From positions 6,581 through 70,580 of the forward strand of contig JAMCYS010000033.1 of NCBI GenBank assembly GCA_023473795.1: DNA of 64,000 bases, given 5' to 3'. Shown in pieces: positions 8,437 to 17,400 of this stretch. Position 1 is the stretch's first letter. Each line of letters starts with the position of its first letter. The notes under the pieces are model-generated. The model saw nothing but the letters and a program-made list of their open reading frames with translations. It made no database searches and was not told where the DNA came from. The position numbers and the translations under genes are program-made. The stretch is from Chloroflexota bacterium. GTDB taxonomy: Bacteria; Chloroflexota; UBA6077; FW602-bin22; JAMCYS01.

Positions 8437-8931
8437 GTGCGCCATGAGTTGTCTCCGATTGAGCGGTTCATTGTCGCCCACGACCTGCACCGGCACGTGC
8501 CGGTGGACCTTGGGCCGCTGCGGGAGCTCGCCCCCGTCAAATTTCTGAGGCTGTCAGAGGGCACGCTGGGTGGAGCCTTCGCCAACGAGGTGGGCTGCGT
8601 CATCGGTATCAACCGCAGCCTGGGCCGCGATGAGCGACGGATGACGTTCTGCCACGAGCTGGCGCACCTGATTCTAGAGCATCCGAATAGTCTCTGGCTG
8701 TGCCGCATCGACGGCTGGTGGTACAGCCGGTACGAACGCCAGGCGCAGCAGGCCGCGGCCCTGATGCTAATTCCGTTCGAGCCCTTGCGGCGGCGACTGC
8801 TTGCCGGCTATGCCGTCGAGGCCGTCGCCGGCGCGTTCCGAGTGCCTCGGAGTTTAGTCGAGTTGCGGGTCGCAATGGCCGAAGATCAGCTGCTACCGCG
8901 GGTTCGAATGCCGCAAAGAACGACGGTCTAG
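8437..8931 (+). CDS. ImmA/IrrE family metallopeptidase (antirepressor), copy 1
   Basis: RRMTFCHELAH (HExxH) and ERQAQQAAALMLIP. Confidence 0.85.
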   Translation: MRHELSPIERFIVAHDLHRHVPVDLGPLRELAPVKFLRLSEGTLGGAFANEVGCVIGINRSLGRDERRMTFCHELAHLILEHPNSLWLCRIDGWWYSRYERQAQQAAALMLIPFEPLRRRLLAGYAVEAVAGAFRVPRSLVELRVAMAEDQLLPRVRMPQRTTV

Positions 8932-8954
8932 AGGTCGTTCTCCGGCCGTACAGG

Positions 8955-9758
8955 ATGCCAATGCCCAGAGCAACTAGCGACGAGTTGTGGGTCATAGCCG
9001 GTTTCTTGGGGCTGCTGCTGGTCGCCCTGGCGGTGCGTGGCAACCGGGTCTACCGGGGCCGACGCAAGGGAATCAGCAACGGCGGGTTCTTCTTGCGCCT
9101 GGTGTTTGCCGGCCTTGGCGACCTCAGCACCACTCAGTTGTTTGTGGTTGTCATCATTGTGTTGCTGGCGCTGGCCATCGCTAACACCAGGTTTGGATTC
9201 TTGCCCTTCGAGTCTGAGTGGCTCCTGGTGGTCGGGTTCAGCCTGGCTATCGGCGTGGTGGCGGACAGCATCTGGCATTGGTCGTGGTCCTGGTTTCGGG
9301 AGCGGCGAGACTCCGCCGCACTGCGGAGCCGAACGGCTACATTGGCTGATCTCGTGATGCTCACGCCCGCCGAGTTCGAACGGCGCATCGAGAATCTACT
9401 GCGTGGGCTCGGCTTCGACTCGGTGGAGCACGTGGGCAGGAGCGGCGATCTCGGTGTCGACGTCAAGTGCCGCGCGGGGCGGGAGCGGGTGGCCGTGCAG
9501 TGCAAGAAGTACAGCCCAGGCCGAAACGTCGGCTCGAAGGAGGTGCAGCAGTTCTACGGCATGATGAGGCATCCGCGCCACGGCGCGACGCGGGGCATCT
9601 TCATCACCACCAGCGGGTTCACGCCGGACGCCGCAGGGCTGGCCGAAGACCCGCACTTGGTGCTGTTGGACGGGCAGGCGTTAGTGAATCTGATCAACCG
9701 CCCGGGCGGCAATGACGACGGGGATTCGTGGTCGGCCGTGGAGCGGCATAGCATCTGA
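8955..9758 (+). CDS. Membrane-anchored Mrr-family restriction endonuclease
   Basis: N-terminal TM helices; EFE...GDLGVDV...VQCKKY...G.FITTSGFT Mrr_cat motifs. Confidence 0.85.
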   Translation: MPMPRATSDELWVIAGFLGLLLVALAVRGNRVYRGRRKGISNGGFFLRLVFAGLGDLSTTQLFVVVIIVLLALAIANTRFGFLPFESEWLLVVGFSLAIGVVADSIWHWSWSWFRERRDSAALRSRTATLADLVMLTPAEFERRIENLLRGLGFDSVEHVGRSGDLGVDVKCRAGRERVAVQCKKYSPGRNVGSKEVQQFYGMMRHPRHGATRGIFITTSGFTPDAAGLAEDPHLVLLDGQALVNLINRPGGNDDGDSWSAVERHSI

Positions 9759-9803
9759 CGCGTCGGAGGAGGGATAGGCGAAGCGCATCTGCCTTGCCAG
9801 CAG

Positions 9804-10004
9804 GTGGGGATTGAAACAAACCACATGTACATCAGCCGCAAGTTCGCGGACAACCCTGCCCTGCAGCGGGCGCTGGTCGCCGCCTACGAGGCCATCCGCT
9901 CGGTGGAGGCGGAGAGGGCCGAACGGGCGAAGGCCCGCGACGCGGAGTACGAGGAGTGGTTACGGCAGCGGCGGGCCAGGGAAGAGCAAGATAAGAAGGG
10001 CTAG
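9804..10004 (+). CDS. Small helical hypothetical protein
   Basis: Charged, helical ORF; codon usage fits. Confidence 0.5.
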   Translation: MGIETNHMYISRKFADNPALQRALVAAYEAIRSVEAERAERAKARDAEYEEWLRQRRAREEQDKKG

Positions 10005-10093
10005 ACGTCGAGCCGGCAGGTCCCGCACTGGGGCCCGTGGCGCGGCGTGTAGCGCTGGCAGCGAGGGCACCAAGCCAGCGCGGAGGGTAGGCC

Positions 10094-10336
10094 ATGGCGT
10101 TTTCGGAGGCCACGAAAGACGCTGCCTTCGAGCGCTCCGGTGGGCGCTGTGAGTGCGCGCGCCTCGGGCACGATCATGGGAGCCGCTGCCCGCGCCGGAT
10201 CGGGCGGCATAGCGCCCGGTTTCACCATCACCGTCGGGAGATCCGCGGCGGTAGCGATGGTTTGGCTAATTGCGAAGCGGTGTGCAAGTACTGCCACGAT
10301 CTGATCCATCGCCGACTAGACGCGCGTACTCTCTGA
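10094..10336 (+). CDS. Small HNH endonuclease
   Basis: GGRCEC...HH...GGSDGLANCEAVCKYCHDLIH; GGAGG RBS. Confidence 0.8.
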   Translation: MAFSEATKDAAFERSGGRCECARLGHDHGSRCPRRIGRHSARFHHHRREIRGGSDGLANCEAVCKYCHDLIHRRLDARTL

Positions 10337-10667
10337 GCGCCGTGGCGGCATCGTCCACCGCGGCCGGGTCGAGGCTGACATGGCCACTGGGCGGGTTGTC
10401 GGCGTCCCAGCTCACTTCCCAGCCGCACTCGCCGTGGCCTTTGTCGGCGAGGCGTTTGAGGACGACGGCGGAGAGGCTAAGAGTCACCTCGAAGAGGTCA
10501 CGCACGCTGCCTCGGTAGTCGAAGAAGACGTGTGCCAGCCCTTCCTCGCCGTGGCCCTGGCAGCTGTCGATAGTGCACAGTCCCGGAAAGAGGTTTAGCG
10601 CCTCCACCAGGTGGGCAATGCCCTCGTCGACATAGGCCGTGACTTTGACCGGTACCTCGTGGTGCAT
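10266..10667 (-). CDS. Hypothetical protein with TYW3-like N-terminal motif; probably leaderless
   Basis: VDEGIAHLVEALN...TIDSCQGH; ATG 6 nt downstream of a TAGACT -10 box. Confidence 0.65.
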   Translation of the reverse strand: MHHEVPVKVTAYVDEGIAHLVEALNLFPGLCTIDSCQGHGEEGLAHVFFDYRGSVRDLFEVTLSLSAVVLKRLADKGHGECGWEVSWDADNPPSGHVSLDPAAVDDAATALREYARLVGDGSDRGSTCTPLRN

Positions 10668-10672
10668 GGCGT

Positions 10673-10715
10673 CAGTCTAGCCGCGGCGGGCGAGCGGTGT
10701 CAAGAACCGTGGGAG
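10673..10715 (-). promoter_or_regulatory. 43-bp repeat copy 1, containing a minus-strand TTGACA-18-TAGACT promoter
   Basis: 36/43 identical to 11224-11266. Confidence 0.75.
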
Positions 10716-10741
10716 CACAGAAGAGGGCCAGGGGCAGAAGG

Positions 10742-11113
10742 ATGGCGAGTGAAGGCCTACCAGAACCACCGCCAGAAGCGGCGGCAGAGGCGGCCGCCGG
10801 CGCGCCAACCGCGCCGCAGCCACCCTGGACGGGCACCGCTTGGGATTATCCGGAGTTGCGGCAGGCGCTGGCCAGGCTCGTCGAGGGCGGGCTGGACCTC
10901 GCCGACAAGAAGCTCGAGGGTAACCGGGCCGCCGCAGTGCGGGCAACGGATCGCGTACTGTGGCTGGCCGGCGGCGTCGTGCTGGTCGTGGTGATCCCCG
11001 TCTCGCTCCTCACCGCCTTCGGGCGGATGAGCGCGGAGGCAGCGGCCTTTCTCTATGGCGTAGTGGTGGGTGCCGCCTTCACGTTTCTGCGGGACTTCTT
11101 CCCCAAGACGTAG
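10742..11113 (+). CDS. 2-TM membrane protein
   Basis: Pro/Ala-rich N-terminus, two C-terminal hydrophobic helices. Confidence 0.7.
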   Translation: MASEGLPEPPPEAAAEAAAGAPTAPQPPWTGTAWDYPELRQALARLVEGGLDLADKKLEGNRAAAVRATDRVLWLAGGVVLVVVIPVSLLTAFGRMSAEAAAFLYGVVVGAAFTFLRDFFPKT

Positions 11114-11223
11114 TTTGGTATAGGCGGAGAGGCCGGCGAGCGCGGCGTAGAGCAGCCCGTCGGGTACGCCCTGGATAAGGTCGCGGCGCTGTCGCACGGC
11201 GCACCTTCTGGCGCGAATGGGCG

Positions 11224-11266
11224 CAGTCTAGCCGCGACGGCTAACCGCTGTCAAGAGCCGTGGGAG
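11224..11266 (-). promoter_or_regulatory. 43-bp repeat copy 2, containing a minus-strand TTGACA-18-TAGACT promoter
   Basis: Same hexamers as copy 1; its plus-strand end (GGGAG) is the RBS of the 11274 gene. Confidence 0.75.
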
Positions 11267-11273
11267 GGCTAGC

Positions 11274-12260
11274 ATGGACGATCTGACCTTCTGTCCCAAG
11301 TGCGGCCGCCGGCGCGGCGAGGGCGAGGAGTTCTGTCCCAAGTGCGGCCGGGCCTACAATAGCCCCAACGTGGCAGACCAGGGCTCAGCTGCTCAGGTCA
11401 TCATCCCGGCTGCCTCTCTAGCGGCACTCCACCTCCGGCCCTCTCAGAAGCCGGGCTGGCCCTGGCTCATGGTGGTGGCCGGCCTTCTCGGCGGCGGCTA
11501 TTTTGGACTCCAAACGTGGACAGCCTTCGAAGTGATGCGCCGGGTGGAGGCCTCTAATGCCGTCACGATCGCCAAGGGCGTCGACTGGCTGGGCCGTCTT
11601 TTCGGCGTGCAGAACGCCGGTCAGATGGTCGATCCGCGCTACCAGCAGGTCTATATCACCGCCCAAGAGCAGTTCCGCTCTGGCCTGTTGATGGTCGGCC
11701 TGTTCGCCGGCGTCGCCCTACTCGGTCTGTTTATCCTGGCCAGTTGGCAGCCGCGGCCGGAGCTGGCCGCCGTGCCGGCGCCGCGAGCCAAGGAAGGGCG
11801 GCTCGCAGTGGAGCCTGCCGCGCCCACGCAGCCTAGCTCTCTGCGCCGCCAGGTAGTGGCGATTGCAGGCATCTCGGCGGTGATTCTTGCTGGCGTCTGG
11901 CTCTGGCAGGCGCCGCGGTGGTTCGCCTCTCCCACTATCGCCGCCACGGCTTACCGCCTCCCCGACTTCAAGATCGAGAACGTCGAGGTGCCGGCCCGCG
12001 GCTCTGCCCTTGCGGTTATCGCAGTGCCCAGGCAAGGGGCGACGGTTGAAGGATATTTCCTCGTGCGTGGCGGCGGTAACGACGTCGACTTTCAGATTCT
12101 GACGCCGGGCCAGCGGGCCATCGACACTCGCAGGCGGGCGCAGAACCGGTACGACTTCCGCTTCACGGCCCCCGAGGCCGGCACGTATTGGATCAGATTC
12201 GACAACGGGTTCTCTCTGCTTACGAGGAAGTCGGTCACCGTCTACTCTCGCGCTTATTAG
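11274..12260 (+). CDS. Zn-ribbon + multi-TM + C-terminal GOLD (emp24/p24-like) domain protein
   Basis: FCPKCG x2; three TM segments; DVDFQILTP...FRFTAPEAGTYWIRFDNGFSLLTRKSV. Confidence 0.75.
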   Translation: MDDLTFCPKCGRRRGEGEEFCPKCGRAYNSPNVADQGSAAQVIIPAASLAALHLRPSQKPGWPWLMVVAGLLGGGYFGLQTWTAFEVMRRVEASNAVTIAKGVDWLGRLFGVQNAGQMVDPRYQQVYITAQEQFRSGLLMVGLFAGVALLGLFILASWQPRPELAAVPAPRAKEGRLAVEPAAPTQPSSLRRQVVAIAGISAVILAGVWLWQAPRWFASPTIAATAYRLPDFKIENVEVPARGSALAVIAVPRQGATVEGYFLVRGGGNDVDFQILTPGQRAIDTRRRAQNRYDFRFTAPEAGTYWIRFDNGFSLLTRKSVTVYSRAY

Positions 12261-12268
12261 TCCTCGCG

Positions 12269-12292
12269 CTAGAACACGCGTTCTAGTATAAT
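12269..12292 (+). promoter_or_regulatory. LexA (Cheo-type) SOS box AGAAC-ACGC-GTTCT abutting a TATAAT -10
   Basis: CTAGAACACGCGTTCTAG followed directly by TATAAT, upstream of ImmA copy 2 and the integrase. Confidence 0.75.
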
Positions 12293-12323
12293 CCAACCAA
12301 GCGCACTTTAGGGAGGTAGCTGG

Positions 12324-12836
12324 TTGATGGTTAGCTGGAACGGCGATAGCGCCTACACCGCGCGGGCGGTGCGCGACCTCGGGGAAGTGGAGCAGCTGGC
12401 GAGCTGTCTCCTGCCGGCGGCGGGGATCAGCGCCCCGCCCGTGCCGGAGAACATCGTCGCCTTCTGCGACTCGGGGCGGCCGGTGAAGATCTACCGCCGG
12501 CCGCTGGGGGCTATGCACGGCCTGCTCGAGCCCAGCCCGGAGGGCTGGCTCATCATCGTCAACGAACGCCTGCCGCGGGGCGCCCAGCGCTTCTCCATCG
12601 CCCACGAGGGCTTCCATCTGTTGCAGCGCTCGCGCGGCCTGCTCTGCGACGGGCCCCACGAGTACCAGGAGTGGCTCGCCGACGGCTTCGCGGCGCGCCT
12701 GCTGATGCCGCGGCGCTGGTTGACGGAGATCTCCGCCCGCCGGGTCGATCTGGGGATGCTCGCCTACATCTTCCGCGTCTCCCGCCGCGCCATGGAGCGG
12801 CGTCTAGGGGAGTTGGCTTTGCACCCGGGAGGCTGA
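12324..12836 (+). CDS. ImmA/IrrE family metallopeptidase, copy 2
   Basis: QRFSIAHEGFH (HExxH), EWLADGFAARLLMP. Confidence 0.85.
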   Translation: MMVSWNGDSAYTARAVRDLGEVEQLASCLLPAAGISAPPVPENIVAFCDSGRPVKIYRRPLGAMHGLLEPSPEGWLIIVNERLPRGAQRFSIAHEGFHLLQRSRGLLCDGPHEYQEWLADGFAARLLMPRRWLTEISARRVDLGMLAYIFRVSRRAMERRLGELALHPGG

Positions 12837-12839
12837 ACG

Positions 12840-14000
12840 ATGGCCAGACCGCGAGCCAAGGGCAACGGCGAAGGAACCCTCTACAAGCGGCCCGACGGCC
12901 GTTGGTGCGGCCAGTACGTCGTCGGCTGGGTCGGCGGCAAGCCGCGGCGGATCACCGTCGTCGCCGACACGAAGCACGAGGCCGACCGTCTGCTGAGCGC
13001 CAAGAAGCGCGACCACGCCGAGGGCCGGCTGGCGCCGCCCCAGCGGCAGACGTTGGCGGAGTACGTGGCCTGGTGGCTAGCAAACGTGGCCGCCAATCGC
13101 CTACGGCCGCGCACTCTCCAGAGCTACGAGCGGACGCTGGCGCTGCATTGCCTGCCCTACCTCGGAGGCCTCCGCCTGCAGCAGCTGGCGCCGCGCGATC
13201 TGCAGACCCTCTACGCCGAGCGGCTGGCGTCCGGCGCCGGCGCCCGCACGGTGCAATACCTCCACGCGGTGCTGCACCGCGCCCTCCACGACGCCGAGCG
13301 GCTCGAGATGGTGGGCCGCAACGCCGCCGACCGGGCGGACCCGCCCCAGGTCGAGAGGGAAGAGGCGCCGACCCTCGACCTCGAGCAGGGGAGGGCGCTC
13401 TTGGCCGCGGTGAGGGACACGCCGGCGGAGGGGCTAGTCGCTCTGGCTTTGTTGACCGGTCTGCGCCAGGGCGAGCTCTTAGGCCTGCGCTGGAGCGACG
13501 TCGACTGGACCGTGCCGCAGATCGCCGTGCAGCGAACGCTCTCGTGGGTACTGGGCCGCGGCCCGATCTGCGTGCCCCCGAAATCGAAGAACAGCCGTCG
13601 CCTCGTGCCACTCGTGCCCCAGGCGGTGGAGGCGCTGCGCCGAGCGCGGATCCGGCAGAACGAGCAGCGCCTGGCGGCCGGTCCGGAGTGGCAGGACGGC
13701 GACCTGGTCTTCAGCACCCGCAGTGGCCGACCACTCAGTCCGCGCAACGTGCGGCGCGACTGGTTCGGGCCGGCCCTCGAGCGGGCGCAGCTGCCGCCGG
13801 TCCGCTTCCACGATCTGCGGCACACCGCAGCCTCGCTGCTGCTGAGCCTGGGCGTGGCGCTCACCACCGTGCAGCGGATCCTGGGTCATGCTAACATAGG
13901 CATCACGGCCGACACCTACGGGCACCTCTTGCCTGGGATGGCGACGGAGGCAATGCGCCTCTACGGAGAGGCGCTGAGCGCGGACGAGCTGCAGCAGTAG
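12840..14000 (+). CDS. int: Tyrosine recombinase (phage integrase)
   Basis: Intact catalytic set: TGLRQGE, PKSK, HDLRH, LGH, TYGH; N-terminal GEGT..KR.DGRW arm-binding region. Confidence 0.95.
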   Translation: MARPRAKGNGEGTLYKRPDGRWCGQYVVGWVGGKPRRITVVADTKHEADRLLSAKKRDHAEGRLAPPQRQTLAEYVAWWLANVAANRLRPRTLQSYERTLALHCLPYLGGLRLQQLAPRDLQTLYAERLASGAGARTVQYLHAVLHRALHDAERLEMVGRNAADRADPPQVEREEAPTLDLEQGRALLAAVRDTPAEGLVALALLTGLRQGELLGLRWSDVDWTVPQIAVQRTLSWVLGRGPICVPPKSKNSRRLVPLVPQAVEALRRARIRQNEQRLAAGPEWQDGDLVFSTRSGRPLSPRNVRRDWFGPALERAQLPPVRFHDLRHTAASLLLSLGVALTTVQRILGHANIGITADTYGHLLPGMATEAMRLYGEALSADELQQ

Positions 14001-14130
14001 CTGCAGTAGGAGAGCGGTTTACTGGCAACGGGACCAATCCGCCTGGAGTGGAGGAGGGTAACGGCCCGATTTCTCGGGCAATGCCGGAGACGGCGCGAGA
14101 GACCCGGAGACGCTTGGAGCCCGCCCCCGG

Positions 14131-14175
14131 CTTTTAATCAGAGGGTCCAGGGTCCGAATCCCTGCCGGCTCACCA
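14131..14175 (+). tRNA. 3' half of tRNA-Lys(TTT) = attR (not a complete tRNA)
   Basis: CTTTTAA anticodon loop, T-arm CAGGG-TCCGAAT-CCCTG, acceptor strand ending CACCA; no D-arm or 5' acceptor strand upstream. Confidence 0.85.
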
Positions 14176-14201
14176 AAAAAGCCCGATTTATCGGGCTATT
14201 T
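14176..14201 (+). terminator. Intrinsic terminator after the tRNA fragment
   Basis: AGCCCGAT-TT-ATCGGGCT hairpin flanked by A and T runs. Confidence 0.65.
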
Positions 14202-14305
14202 CTCTAAAGGGCTCGCCGGGGAGTCGCGCATTGGTGCAAAAGCGGTGCAAAACGAGAACACCTCGCAGCCGAAGCTGCGGGGTGTCTTGTAGGTAGGTGA
14301 ACCTC

Positions 14306-14437
14306 GTGAACACACTCTACTACGGCGACAACCTAGACATACTGCACCGCTACGTCAAAGACGAGACGGTAGGTCAAGACGGCATCGTCGCGCGGACTGC
14401 TTTGACTACTGGTGAGGGCAATGTCCGCACCGGCTGA
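14306..14437 (+). pseudogene. N-terminal stub of an N4/N6 DNA methyltransferase
   Basis: GTG-NTLYYGDNLDILHRYVKDETV, then homology is lost just before the expected DLIYLDPPF motif. Confidence 0.75.
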
Positions 14438-17400
14438 GATCGCGGCCCTGGTGGGGCGGTTCGACCAGAGTCGGAGTGCGTACATGTCTGGCCACTATAA
14501 CGAGACCCAGGTCCGACACGAGTTTATCGACCCCTTCTTCAAGGCACTTGGCTGGGACGTGAACAACGAGCAGGGCTATGCCGAATCCTACAAAGATGTT
14601 GTCCACGAGGACTCAATCAAAGTCGGTGGCGCCACCAAGGCTCCAGATTACTGCTTTCGCGTAGGCGGCACACGCAAGTTCTATGTAGAGGCCAAGCGCC
14701 CGGGCGTTAACATCAAGGACAACGCCGACGGCGCTTTCCAGATACGCCGCTACGCCTGGTCATCCAAGTTGCCGCTCAGCATCCTCACCGACTTTGAGGA
14801 GTTCGCCGTCTACGACTGCCGAATCAAGCCGGCCAAGACCGACAAGGCTTCAGCGGCCCGGACGCTCAGTCTTCACTTCACGGACTACGCACCGCGTTGG
14901 GATGAGCTAGCGTCCGTATTCAGTCGGGATGCCGTCCTCAAGGGCTCGTTCGACAAGTACGCCGACTCCACGAAAGCCAAGAAAGGGACCGCCGAGGTCG
15001 ACGACGCCCTCTTGGCTGAGATCGAGTCCTGGCGCGACGTGCTCGCCCATAACCTGGCCCTACGGAACCCGGGCCTGACCCGGCGTGAGCTCAACTTTGC
15101 CGTGCAGAGCACCATTGACCGGATCATCTTCCTGCGCATCTGCGAGGACCGGGGCATCGAGGAGTACGGGCGACTGATGGCGCTGCAGAACGGCACCCGC
15201 GTCTACGAGCGCCTGGGGGTGCTGTTCCAACGGGCCGACGAGCGCTACAACTCGGGCCTCTTCCACTTCCACAGGGAGAAGGGCCGAACCGAACTACCTG
15301 ACGAGCTGACTCTTGGGCTTGTTCTCGACGACAAGCCGCTCAAAGACATCTTCAAAAGCCTGTACTATCCGGACAGCCCTTACGAATTCTCCGTCCTGCC
15401 CGCGAACATCCTCGGCCACGTGTACGAGCAGTTCCTGGGCAAGGTGATCCGCTTGACCGAGGGACACCACGCCGTCATCGAAGACAAGCCGGAGGTGAAG
15501 AAGGCCGGCGGCGTCTACTATACCCCCACCTACATCGTGGACTACATCGTGAAGCAGACGGTCGGCAAGCTTCTTGAGGGGAGGCGACCGGGTCCAAGGG
15601 GTAGCGCTAGCCAATTGAAGATCATCGACCCCGCCTGCGGCTCCGGGTCGTTCCTAATTGGCGCTTATCAGTACCTCCTCGACTGGCACCGCGACCAGTA
15701 CGTGGCCGACGGCACGAAGAAGCACACGCGTGAGCTGTACCAGGGCCCGGGCGGCGACTGGCGCCTGACCACCGGCGAGCGCAAACGTATCCTGCTGAAC
15801 AACATCTACGGCGTGGACATCGACGCGCAAGCGGTGGAGACGACTAAGCTCTCGCTGCTGCTGAAGGTGCTGGAGGGCGAGTCCGAGCAGACCGTGAGCA
15901 GGCAGCTCGCCATGTTCCACGAGCGGGCGCTGCCCGACTTGGCCAACAACATCAAGTGCGGTAATTCGCTGATCGGCCCCGACTTCTACGACAACCGGCA
16001 GGCCAGCTTCCTCGATGAAGAGGCGCGGTACCGCGTCAACGTGTTCGACTGGCAAAACGAGTTTCCAGACGTTCTTCGACGGCCGGACGGCGGGTTTGAC
16101 GCTGTCATCGGCAATCCGCCATATATTCGGATGGAGAACTTCAAGGAGATCAAGAGCTATCTAAAGGCCGCCTACGCCTCGCATGACGAGCGATCGGACC
16201 TGTATGCCTACTTCATAGAACGCGCACATAGCCTTCTTAGCGACCGTGGAGTCTTCGGCATGATCGTGTCCAACAAGTTCCTACGGTCAAATTACGGCTC
16301 TCCGTTGCGGCGGTTTCTAAGCCAGAACGCAGTCATAGAGCGCGTGGTGGACTTAGCTGGGCTACCCGTGTTTATTGGTGCAACCGTGCGGACGCTCATA
16401 TTGGTTACATCACGCGCATCCAGCGGCGAGCTTACGGTGTTCTATGCACCGCCGTTAGCCGCGGAGAGATTCCGAGCGGTTACTGGGGGCTCATTATCCA
16501 TCGAACAGTCTATCGCAGAAATAACGTATGAGGTCCCGCGCCGCGTGCTGGGCCAAGCCGTTTGGAACTTCGCGATGCAAGACACAGACAGCCTGATCTC
16601 CGGCCTGCAGTCACGGTGTCAGCCGTTGGCCGAATACTGCATGGGTCAGATCTGCATGGGCATCAAATCAGGGCTCACCGAGGCCTTCGTAATAGACAGC
16701 CAGACTTATGCTGATATTGTGGAGCGCAATCCAGGGGCTAAGGAGATCATCAAGCCTTTCTTGAACGGCCGAGATGTGCGCCGCTATCACACTGAGCCCA
16801 AGGACATCTACATTGTCTACACGCATCACGGGGTGAACATCAGCGACTATCCGGCGGTAGAGCAGCATCTTAGACAATTCAAGGATAGGCTGGGGAGGCG
16901 CGCTACCCGCCAAGAATGGTACGAACTACAACAGCCACAATACAACTTCGCGTCGTATATGGCTGGCCCTAAGATCATCTTCCCTGACATCGCCATCGCT
17001 CCGCGCTTTGCCTTGGACACGGGAGGCCATTATTGTTCCAATACGACTTACTTCATCCCTGGCTACGACCCTTACCTACTGGGCCTGTTGAACTCGCGGT
17101 GCGCATATTTCTATTTCGCCCACACTTGTGCCGGCCTGGAGGGGAGTGGAGAGACTTACCTCAGGTTCTTCGGCCAATATCTGGGGGGATTCCCTGTCCC
17201 CGTGCTCAACTTGTCCGATTCAGTGGACAAAATGCATCTCCAAGGGGTAGTGGACGCTGTAGAGCGCATGCACGCACTGTGGAAGCAGTTCGGCGCAGCC
17301 AGCACAGCGCACGAGAAGACAGTGCTCCAACGACAGATAGACGCCGTCGATAGGCAAATTGACGCCATGGTGTACCAGCTCTACGACTTGACGGACGAGG

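Larger units (their letters stand above)
1..14175. mobile_element. Right part of a temperate prophage (early/replication genes, cro-cI switch, cargo, integrase, attR in tRNA-Lys)
   Basis: Dense small leftward ORFs with overlapping start/stop codons, an O-like initiator with iterons, a divergent HTH pair, ImmA, and a tyrosine integrase followed by a tRNA 3' fragment. The left end is outside the window. Confidence 0.9.

Noticed and set aside
14095-14175. Complete tRNA-Lys gene
   Set aside because: No D-arm or 5' acceptor strand upstream of the anticodon loop; only an att fragment
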